18,441 nt of DNA from Zygophlyctis sp. KS116 (GCA_054661495.1 BAAFSQ010000195.1:1-18441); one strand, 5' to 3'; counted from the first letter of the stretch, positions 1-8,409 are shown. Notes: generated by a model from the letters alone, not told the origin. Numbers and translations: made by a program.

Positions 1-679
1 CAAATCTCTGTTCAGCGTTTCTAGCCGCATTTATATTTCCTCTCAATTGATGACGAACAGGTGCGTGCCTGTTTAGTTGAATCGCTGGAGGAGGTAGCTG
101 AAGTTGGGGAAGGGCAGCAACTCGATGATCAGGAGGATTATGTCGATTAGCAGATCTAAGCCTTGCAGCGACAAAGGGATCAGGGGGGGCTTCCTGCTCA
201 TCAAAAGCATTACTACGAGGTCTTTGATGAATTCTAGGGGGTGCTTCCTGCTCATCAAAAGCATTACTACGAGGTCTTTGATGAATTCTAGGTGGTGCTT
301 CCTGCTCATCAAAAGCATTACTACGAGGTCTTTGATGAATTCTAGGAAGTGGTGCATCTTCCTCATCAAAAGCATAGCTTCTTCTTATTTCTGGAAAAGC
401 ATTATCATTTTCTGCCAAGTGATTACCAAAAGGTGACCTGACATTCATTCTAGCAACAGAATCATCCTCATCAAAAGCATTACTTCTTTGTATGCCTGGG
501 AAATCTAACTGATCTTCTTCATGAAGGAGTCTGTTTTGCTGAAGGCGCTGAGGAGATGCGGCTGCTCTATGAGGTAGGAAATTATGAGGAGGTTTTGGCG
601 GACTCGGCTTTCCTAATGGGAACTTAAATGTCATGGCAGAAGCTACAGCAATAATAAGCGAAAATCTTAATCCAATCAT
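1..679 (-). CDS. Secreted repeat-containing protein (family member A), 3'-partial, >=226 aa
   Basis: Hand translation from the ATG at 679 (context aaaaATG) is stop-free to the window edge, which is why the ORF track missed it. It reads MIGLRFSLIIAVASA|MTFKFPLGKPSPPKPP...IQRSNAFDEDD...IRRSYAFDEED...(PRIHQRPRSNAFDEQEAP)x3...NAARNAEQRF. The signal-peptide-like N-terminus ends in ASA, as in the paralog at 1582. Confidence 0.88.
   Translation of the reverse strand, partial: MIGLRFSLIIAVASAMTFKFPLGKPSPPKPPHNFLPHRAAASPQRLQQNRLLHEEDQLDFPGIQRSNAFDEDDSVARMNVRSPFGNHLAENDNAFPEIRRSYAFDEEDAPLPRIHQRPRSNAFDEQEAPPRIHQRPRSNAFDEQEAPPRIHQRPRSNAFDEQEAPPDPFVAARLRSANRHNPPDHRVAALPQLQLPPPAIQLNRHAPVRHQLRGNINAARNAEQRF
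189..350. repeat. 54-bp coding tandem repeat, 3 near-identical units (18 aa PRIHQRPRSNAFDEQEAP on the minus strand)
   Basis: gcttcctgctcatcaaaagcattactacgaggtctttgatgaattctagg starts at 189, 243 and 297. Degenerate cores cctcatcaaaagcat occur near 361 and 466, and a variant occurs in the next gene near 1288. Confidence 0.97.
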
Positions 680-909
680 TTTTAAAATTGTTAGTTTTGA
701 AACATGGAAGAGCTTCCTTTAGCGGCTGATGTGTTTCATAACGATCAAACCAATCTAGATTTTACAGCCAATGATTATTTGTCTCAATTTCACCCCTTAT
801 TTTACAGTTTGATATGCCAGTTACTTATTCACTTCATGTTCCACTGCATGAGTTTGATAGCATCTTACAAACCAGTGTTGAAAGTATAGTGTTTAACTAC
901 TAACGTCTT

Positions 910-1091
910 ATCTAATCGATGTGATTGTACATCGAAATCAAGTGTTTCATTAATACACAATTCCTCAAAAGATATTTTGAAAGTTCAAACAGAAGGTTTA
1001 ATTGAAATTTCTATAATATTCCTGTTATAAAACTTGATCTTTGCTTTGTTAATCTAACTGCTTTCGGACACGATGTATTTAAGCCACTGGA
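910..1091. repeat. ~180-bp direct repeat, copy 1 (3' flank plus terminal codons PVA* of the secreted-family gene unit)
   Basis: Aligns with small indels to 1792-1971, from atctaatcgatg through cgatgtatttaagccactgga. Confidence 0.95.
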
Positions 1092-1279
1092 GCAATGGCT
1101 TCAAACCCCGCCATACATACCCGGGACTTGAGGAATTGGATTCATTATTATGCAGATCGATCGGACTCTGGACCGCGCTCTCTTTTACTGATGATTGCTC
1201 AAATATTCACATTTTGACTATCGTTTAAAATCACTTTGGAATTTATTCTATTAAGCTCGTTCGCCAATTGTAAGACTGA
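1079..1279 (-). pseudogene. Decayed former 3' coding half of secreted protein B
   Basis: The ATG-1582 frame continues past TAG-1280 as SVLQLANELNRINSKVILNDSQNVNI*AIISKRERGPESDRSA***IQFLKSRVCMAGFEAIAPVA*. It ends at 1079 in the same PVA* as paralog C. The span 1079-1582 is 504 nt, i.e. 168 codons. Confidence 0.65.
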
Positions 1280-1582
1280 CTATTCATCCTCATCAAATGC
1301 ATTGTTTCTTTTTATCTCGTATTTTTGTCTAAGATTGTCTTCATGCGCTTCTAGTTGAGCTTGCTTCAGTTTTTTATATTGAGCAGCAGCTTGGCGATAT
1401 TCGCTGACTTTAAGACCATTATTTTCTTTTGGAATCGCTATTACATCATCCTGTGGGGCAAATTGAACATCTCTTACAGTGTTTTTTGCGGCACCAGATG
1501 GCTTTAGAATGGAACCAAAGTTCAATTTCATTGGCATTGCAGAAGCAATTGCGATCATAATCCAAAAAATAAATCCTTTCAT
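1280..1582 (-). CDS. Small secreted protein (family member B), 100 aa, with SILK/RVxF-like motifs and C-terminal IKRNNAFDEDE
   Basis: Signal-peptide-like MKGFIFWIMIAIASA followed by MPMKLNF (paralog C has FPVKLNF). aaaATG context; no intron needed. Confidence 0.85.
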   Translation of the reverse strand: MKGFIFWIMIAIASAMPMKLNFGSILKPSGAAKNTVRDVQFAPQDDVIAIPKENNGLKVSEYRQAAAQYKKLKQAQLEAHEDNLRQKYEIKRNNAFDEDE

Positions 1583-1791
1583 TTTAAAATTCTAACATAT
1601 GAAACGTAGAGAACGGCACATTTAAACGGCAATGCGGTACAAGATCAAACCGATCAATTCTTGATGGATTAACTTAACGTCCATCCTAGTAAACTTAATA
1701 GCATCATGGCTCCATTTACTACTTTGGAACATAGAATTATAAACCCCGCCCGATTCCTGACTTTTACAAATCACAACGGTGTCAATGCCTC

Positions 1792-1971
1792 ATCTAATCG
1801 ATGCTGATTGTACATCGGAAATCAAGGGTTTCATTAATAAACAATTCCTCAAAAGATATTTTTGAAAGTCAAACAGAAGGTTTAATTGAAATTTCTATAA
1901 GATTCCTGTTATAAAACTTTATCTTTGTTAAATCTAATTGCTTTAAGACACGATGTATTTAAGCCACTGGA
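1792..1971. repeat. ~180-bp direct repeat, copy 2
   Basis: Homologous to 910-1091 at an offset of about 880 bp. It includes the stop codon and last codons of gene C. Confidence 0.95.
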
Positions 1972-2507
1972 TTAATACTTCTCTGAATTGATTTCTGAGA
2001 TATCCCAGCTTGTCCATTTATCGCTTGTTTTGCATCATATATTGCCTTATGTGCATCAGATATAACTGCACGAATTTCATCTTCATTTGACGCTGAACTT
2101 TCTTTATGTTTTAATTTAGAAACTCCTCTTTCGGCTTTTTCCTGTAGTATTGCTAGATGTTTCATAGCTTCCTTCAGGGCATCATCAAGATCATCTTCAG
2201 CAGCTCTTTGGGCTAAAAATGAATTATCATTTGCTGCAATTGCAATTTCTTCTTTGGGGGCATAAGGGATTAATCTTACTTCTGTATTTGGAGAAAATCT
2301 AACATGCGTTTGGGTGTTTCTTTCAACTCTAGATGATGATTTTAGAATGGGTTGCAGATTTGCTTCCTCATAGGGTGCGTTTGGTGAGGCAGGCGGCTCT
2401 TCCAGAGATGATCTTCCAAATTTCGATTTCAGCGATTTCATAAAGTTCAACTTCACTGGAAATGCAGAAGTGATTGCAATCAATAGAAAAATCATAAATT
2501 TTTTCAT
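1959..2507 (-). CDS. Secreted protein (family member C), 182 aa, with a PILK...HVRF...VRLI motif cassette and a helical C-terminal part
   Basis: Signal-peptide-like MKKFMIFLLIAITSA; aaaaaATG context. The N-terminus and motif block align with member B. Confidence 0.88.
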   Translation of the reverse strand: MKKFMIFLLIAITSAFPVKLNFMKSLKSKFGRSSLEEPPASPNAPYEEANLQPILKSSSRVERNTQTHVRFSPNTEVRLIPYAPKEEIAIAANDNSFLAQRAAEDDLDDALKEAMKHLAILQEKAERGVSKLKHKESSASNEDEIRAVISDAHKAIYDAKQAINGQAGISQKSIQRSINPVA

Positions 2508-2698
2508 TTTTTAAGTATGAAACTCCTGAAACTAATCATCCTTGTAATTACGGCAACTAGTGTTTCAGGTAATCTAAATGATCTGCATTAATGCATCTTT
2601 AAATTTGACATGTTATGAGTGAATTTAGTAGATTCGCCATATTAAGCATAACAAATAAATCACTTTAAACGGTTTAAATTTGGTAAATGATACATTTA

Positions 2699-3151
2699 TT
2701 ATTCGGACTGAAAATTCAACTTGAAATCACTTTCTTCTTTTGTGAGTTTACTGCTCTTGGCTTTCCACAACTTCTTATTTTTAGTAGCTCCATTTGCGGT
2801 ACGTTGTGCTAATTCCTCGGTCTCCTTTTCCCACTGTTTAGTCAGATCAGGATCTCCTTTTAGGCATCTCCACCCCATTAAGCAAATCACAATTAACATT
2901 ATAAATCCCAAAACACCACCAAGAACAATTAAGAAGTCTTTAAGTACAAAGAATGCAGCATCCTTTGAAGGTGCAGGAGTTGCAGTTGTTTTGGGTGGTA
3001 AGTTCTCCGGACGATTGGGCAGATAAGGATTTGCAGTTGGGACAACTTGGCCCAATAATGCAGAAGGTAATTGAATTCCCGTTGGCACAGGGATTTGGGC
3101 ATTGATTACAATACATAAAATGGGTAGAATTAAAAGAGACTTGAGATTCAT
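2699..3151 (-). CDS. Single-pass type I membrane protein of unknown function, 150 aa
   Basis: Signal peptide MNLKSLLILPILCIVINA, Pro/Thr-rich ectodomain, hydrophobic segment FLIVLGGVLGFIMLIVICLMGW, and a basic cytoplasmic tail. aaaaATG context. Confidence 0.82.
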   Translation of the reverse strand: MNLKSLLILPILCIVINAQIPVPTGIQLPSALLGQVVPTANPYLPNRPENLPPKTTATPAPSKDAAFFVLKDFLIVLGGVLGFIMLIVICLMGWRCLKGDPDLTKQWEKETEELAQRTANGATKNKKLWKAKSSKLTKEESDFKLNFQSE

Positions 3152-3237
3152 TTTTAGTCAAAGATTAAAATGTCAAGTCCGAAGGCGTCCAGAAATTAAA
3201 AAGGCTGAACTGAATACAAATAATCTGATTAATCATT

Positions 3238-4235
3238 TTAAGCTCGCAAGAATTTGGATCGTTCATAAACAGCATTTTGTCCTTTACTGATTAAAAGATC
3301 TGAAAACATTTGGCTACTTGGATTACGAACAATATTGTCGTGATCATGGGTAAAAACTAGAGCCTGACTATCCAAGTCCAATTCATTAATATTAAATCCA
3401 GCCAAAAGAATTTTCTTGCCCAATTTAAAAGATCCTGACGCCATGAATAAAGCCTTCATAATATCATCATGATCCCATAAATCAAACTCTTTAGCAAGAT
3501 CATTATAACTTTTCAAGAATTGATTAATATGATTTTTATCAACTTCTGAAATCATGCTTTGGTCAAGATCTTTTTTAGTAATATTAGAAATTAAGATTTC
3601 CCCTGTAATGTCCGAACCCTTACTCACCAACGACGTTTGAGCAGTGTATTCATCAGTAGCTAGAGTATTTTGATCATAATTTGCATTGGTATCATTTTGA
3701 TTATCAACATTTTCTTGGTCCGCAACGATTGCTTCTTTTTCAACATTTGGTAAATACTTTTTTATAGCATAATCCCTCCAAGATTGCCATGTATGATGAG
3801 GAAAACTTTTTGCGAGGTCAATATACAATTTATTCCCAGTGGGACATTCTTTTGAAGATTTCAACGCTTGTCTTAATATAGCATGATCTTTGCTAGTGAA
3901 TAATGTTTTTTCCTTTGATTTTGGTAAAGACTCGACAGTGTTCAGTCTAAAAGAGTCCGAATCCAACAACTTATTAGCCTATAAATAAGAGGCATATAAG
4001 ATTACATCGATACATGCCTGAATATACTCTGTAGAAAAGAACTCTCCTTGAATGGTCGATGTCTCTGGATGCGCAAGGCACATATCAGCAGCTCGCGTTT
4101 GGGATATTAAGCCCCCACTATTCTATCTGATTAAGTAATGCACAATACAGTTATAATTTTAGAAAGTTCCTTTTTGCCTTTGGAGCTTTTAATATAAAAG
4201 GACATTGCATTATTATCTCTTTCAAATAACGACAT
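3238..4235 (-). CDS. RAP1: Telomeric Rap1 / TERF2IP homolog (BRCT + single Myb + RCT), 3 exons, ~314 aa
   Basis: Exons 4235-4149, 4122-4006 and 3978-3238; introns 4123-4148 (26 nt) and 3979-4005 (27 nt). BRCT region LFERDNNAMSFYIK...GEFFSTEYIQACID...LLDSDSFRL resembles human RAP1 LFVRDDGSSMSFYVR...FISTQYILDCV...LEAYRL. Myb domain TGNKLY...HHTWQSWRD; RCT end KGQNAVYERSKFL. Confidence 0.9.
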
Positions 4236-4255
4236 CACGAATGTTTCCGTTTGTA

Positions 4256-4546
4256 TTAAACGCCTTCTTGCTCAAAAGCAATCTTCATTAACGAATTTAA
4301 AAATATAATTTCTGATCTTTTCTGAGTAAATTCCATCCAAATGGAAAGTTGTTTATCTAGTTTTGATTGATAGTCCTCTTGTCCCTTTAGAGATCTCTCT
4401 GTGACTGAGTGGTGTAAATTACCAGATCTGTTGGACAATGAATTTTTCCCTTGAGTCAATGAAGGTAAAGAAGTAGTCTTCTTCTTATGGATCGCTGGTA
4501 ATCGTTTGTTGGACCGGCGAGACTTCAACTCAGTCTCTGGTGACAT
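4256..4546 (-). CDS. Hypothetical small basic protein, 96 aa
   Basis: ATG-initiated ORF filling almost the whole gap between ELMO and RAP1. Basic N-terminus and helical-looking C-terminus; no family recognised. Confidence 0.5.
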   Translation of the reverse strand: MSPETELKSRRSNKRLPAIHKKKTTSLPSLTQGKNSLSNRSGNLHHSVTERSLKGQEDYQSKLDKQLSIWMEFTQKRSEIIFLNSLMKIAFEQEGV

Positions 4547-4576
4547 ACTTTAATGAATGACGTTACTATTTCAAAA

Positions 4577-6740
4577 CTATAAAAGAGTATAATTGTAGAA
4601 AAAATCCAAATTCGGACGTTGTAGAGCAATACTCTGCGATTTAAAAGGTACACTAGAATCAATGGTTACTAAGCAAGATTTCACGTCTTTCAAGACAGAT
4701 GATATCATTTCCCCATTATATGGTAGATCATTTTGGAGTAGAGAATTTTGGATGATAATCCCAAGTCCCTCATACCATTCAACAAACTGGGATGATGAAT
4801 TTGTACGAAAGTTGAGCTCGAATTCCTTCATTTCTTCCCGATCAAAGCCAGAAGCACTAAATTGAAAAGAATTTTTGGATTTTGCATCTATTACATTTAA
4901 TGAAATATTTTGAATATCTTCAAGTCCAACTATAAAATTAGTTTATATAATAGTACCAAAGGAATGCAATTCTTCAATACTTGGAATTAAAGAGAGTTGT
5001 TCTGAAAAATCTTGAAAATATAAATACTGTTCGTCAGCAGAGAGACGATAACATCGAATTTTTTCAGATTTTAAGTTTGTTGTATGAAACCATGATCCTT
5101 TCTTCATACAAGAGATTCGCTGGTTTCTAATAATAGGAAAAAATTCATTTTCCCCACTTGATTCATTCAAATATTTATCTTTTGTCCGTGAAACAAAATC
5201 CAAAATCATATCCTGCTGAAGTATTTCTAAATCAATATCATTCAATAAATTTTCAACTTCATTAAAATTTATAGAAGAAGTCTCTATAAATGACATTTTC
5301 TTATAGAAATGCTCCTTGAACATGAGAGCAACCTTTTCCAAGTCACCTGAATTTAAATCATTTGTAGCTTCCATCAGAGTCCAAATAGTGAAGAATGACT
5401 TTAAGGAAAGTATAAATACATTTTCAAAATTTAAAAAATATGACTGAAAGGATTCAATATGATAATCTTGATAATATAGGCCCCAGTAATTCAAAAGAAC
5501 AAAAACTACTTGACAAGACGCACGAATGATAGGGCATAAATTTTCTTTTTTGGCCAATAACTGAGTTTGAAATACCTTGAATTCAACAAAATCAACATTT
5601 ACCTTTTCAAAAATTAAGACATCCTTTTTAGCCGCATAATACAAACACTCCAAACCTAGGACACCAACAGATTCAAATTCTTCAAAAGGATTCTAATAAG
5701 ATTAAATTTTGGTGAATGCTTACATTGACTCCCAAATCCTTCCAAGACAATTTCGGTAAATTTAAAGCTTTTTGAAATTTATATAAAATCTGATCTACTG
5801 CTTTAACATGTAAAGAATTTGACTCTTGTACTTTCATTAAACTTCTTCGCCTAAATTCTTTTCTAATTAAAGTTTCAAATTCTTTGATATAGACTTGTAA
5901 ATCACTTGACTGATTACTTCTAATTTGTTTTAATAGAAAATTTCTAAATCCCAAATCATCCAAATCATAAATTTGTGTAGATCTCTTCAAATTATCCTCT
6001 ATTGACCCAACAATCCCACAAATCAACCTAACTGTACTTGATTGTAACTGAAAATCTGAATCAGCCTTTAGTCTTTCGACTAAATTAGGAAGAATATTAT
6101 AGTTATCCAAGATTTTAACTACTTTATCCCTTGATCCATCATCTTCAATCATAAAACAAAGTAATTTTGTCGCTGCTTTAGATAAATTTGCCAATTTCTT
6201 ATCCTTGACTATTCCAACCAATTTATCAATAAACCCATAGTCCCAAATCAATTTTGACCCATATTCTAATCCAAATACAAGACAATTTAATGCATATGCT
6301 AGTGAATTCCCATTTAAACTATTAATCCTATCCAAGAGTACATCAAATCCACCTTTTTTCAAGAATTCCTGAACAAATTCTGGATTTTTAACTTTTGATT
6401 GTAACAAGAATATTGTTTTTTTTGGATCTTGAGAATTAATTCCTTGAATCAGCGAATCTATTTTTGAATTTAAATCTAGCGACAGATGATAATGATTTCC
6501 AGGAATTATTTCATTTGCATTCCTGATAATCTTTCCATCCTTGAATAATTCTATATTTTCCTGATGAATATTGAATTTCTTCCTGAAATCAAGTTTTAGT
6601 TTTGCAAAATCCTTTTCCAAAAAGAAATTCTCTGCTGCAGTTTCCCCATTCAAGCCTTCAAATGTCACTAGAATCCTTCCCTTGGTCTGATTAGTTGCAG
6701 GCGCAGTGGTCTGATTAGTCGCAGGATCCGTCGTTAGCAT
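4577..6740 (-). CDS. ELMO: ELMO/CED-12 family protein (ubiquitin-like N-terminus, ARM repeats, ELMO domain, PH domain), 3 exons, ~701 aa
   Basis: Exons 6740-5724, 5692-4957 and 4929-4577; introns 5693-5723 (31 nt) and 4930-4956 (27 nt). Spliced WKDLGVN-NPFEEFESVGVLGLECL fits the ELMO domain. RNQRISCMKKGSWF...YRLSADEQYLYF and EWYEGL fit the ELMO PH domain. C-terminal PNLDFFY. Confidence 0.85.
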
Positions 6741-6759
6741 AAAATTGAGAAATTTAAAG

Positions 6760-6842
6760 GGTTATAAGCGCTTTAAAATTGCTTTAATATTAGGAATTAT
6801 CCACTAGGTTATAAGACTTGCTTTAAAATTGCTTTAATATTA
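6760..6842. promoter_or_regulatory. Duplicated element in the 125-bp divergent ELMO/kanadaptin intergenic region
   Basis: gctttaaaattgctttaatatta is identical at 6770-6792 and 6820-6842, each copy preceded by ggttataag. The regulatory role is inferred from position only. Confidence 0.55.
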
Positions 6843-6865
6843 CAAGAGACATCAGAAGAGAACTT

Positions 6866-8386
6866 ATGAATTATCAAGAACCGCCAAACTCATCTCTCCC
6901 AGAGGCTCCTCTAAAATTAGAAATCTTAAAATCAGGAACAATACTATCAGATTTAGAATTTCAGCGCTCAAAGATTGTTTGTGGGAGGTTGCCCGATTGT
7001 GATATTGTTTTGGATCATCCGTCAAGTTCTAGATATCATGCGCTGTTTCAGTTTATGGATAATGATTGGTTTATTTATGATTTGGAAAGTGCACATGGGA
7101 CTTTTCTCAACAAGAAGAAATTGGACCCAAAGAGTTTTGTAAAGATTTATGATGGAGATTTGGTTAAATTTGGAGGTTCATCTAGATTATATATCATTCA
7201 TGGAGCAAAAGAACGGGTTTTACGAGATCCGAAAATTAATGTTAAAACTGCTGTTAAACAAAAAATATCAATGGATTTAGAGGATGATCAAGTTAATTTA
7301 CATGGAAAACCAATTCCTTCAAGTGTGTTTTATAAAGATCCAAAAGGAATTCTCTCAAATTGGTTTGAGCAACAAGGTTATGATTTAAGTATTGATTTTT
7401 CTCAGCCTGATCAGATTGAAAATAACGATCAAAATGAATATGAAGATGAAGAAGATAATAGTAAGATTCGGAAAGGGGGAAAACAAGGGTTAATTGCATC
7501 TATACAATTACCAGTTGAAATTATTTCTTTTTTAGCTACAGGAAAAGCCTTGAAAAAGAAGGATGCAGAAAAGGAAGTTTGTTTGGCTGCTTGTAGAAAA
7601 TTATATGAAAAAGGATTATTAGTAGATTCAGAGGCTGCATTAACAGAAGCTGAAAAGAGAAAAATTAGAAATCAGGTAATTTACTCTTGATTAATTATAG
7701 ATGTTTGGTGATTCTGATAATGATGATGATTTGGTATACGATAAAACTACTAAAAAGCTAAAAACTGTTCAGAAAAAGAAACCTGAAACTTTTGAGTCAT
7801 TAAATGAAAAGAGGTTGGCATTAAAGACAGAGCTTGAATCTATTCAAAATACTATGAATAGTTTACAAAGTAAATATGTTGCAGAAGACGAAGAGGATTC
7901 TTTAGATGCATTCATGACTAATATTGAGTCGCAAAGTATTCAAGACTCTCGTGATTCATTACAAAAAAGGTTGCCATTTGTAAAACATGTACATTATAAC
8001 TTTACTAATCAAAGGAACTTGAAAAAATAGAAAAACTTTTAGAAATTGTGCGTCCAAGTGCTCTTATCTCTAGTCAAAATGTCACCAATGATAATGATTT
8101 AAAGCATGTTTCAAATCACCAAGAATTCAAACTTCCCAAGCCAATTTTAAAAAATAGTCAAAAAACAGAAACTCCAATTCAACCCCCACCTGTCTTTTTA
8201 AAGCCTGAAACAGAATTAAGTATAGAAATCACCGAGAAGAAGGCTTCTCGTCAGTACGGAGCCATGACTTTAGACGAATCAGCTAAACATTCTGCAGTTG
8301 AAACTGAGGACGTAGAAGAAGCTCCAGATTTGGATCATACAAAGAAGAGTAAAATAGCAGATCTTAATGCTGCATATGGTTACTAA
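6866..8386 (+). CDS. SLC4A1AP: Kanadaptin / SLC4A1AP homolog (FHA + dsRBD-like + coiled coil), 3 exons, ~489 aa
   Basis: Exons 6866-7675, 7701-7988 and 8015-8386; introns 7676-7700 (25 nt) and 7989-8014 (26 nt). FHA motifs GR...HPSSSRYHA...DLESAHGTFLN; dsRBD-like GKALKKKDAEKEVCLAACRKL; DSLDAFM; family-typical end LNAAYGY. Confidence 0.88.
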
Positions 8387-8409
8387 AGATCTTTTCAGTT
8401 TTATATACT

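Noticed and set aside
189-350. Possible CRISPR array
   Set aside because: Units are head-to-tail and near-identical with no unique spacers, the period is a multiple of 3 within a CDS, and the context is eukaryotic.
73-436. ORF-track entries 73..375 (-) and 104..436 (+) with repetitive peptides
   Set aside because: Shadow frames of the 54-bp repeat. The real frame starts at 679 with a signal peptide and shares motifs with the neighbouring paralog.
704-889. 61-aa plus-strand ORF
   Set aside because: No recognisable features; it overlaps the presumed promoter of gene A and is likely a chance ORF.
910-1971. Direct repeats as LTRs of a mobile element
   Set aside because: No TG...CA termini, target-site duplication or transposon ORF seen. 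The repeat includes a gene's stop codon, which fits tandem gene duplication.
2584-2678. Short palindromes tgcattaatgca and tttaaacggtttaaa
   Set aside because: Short and AT-rich, not repeated upstream of the paralogs, and compatible with chance.
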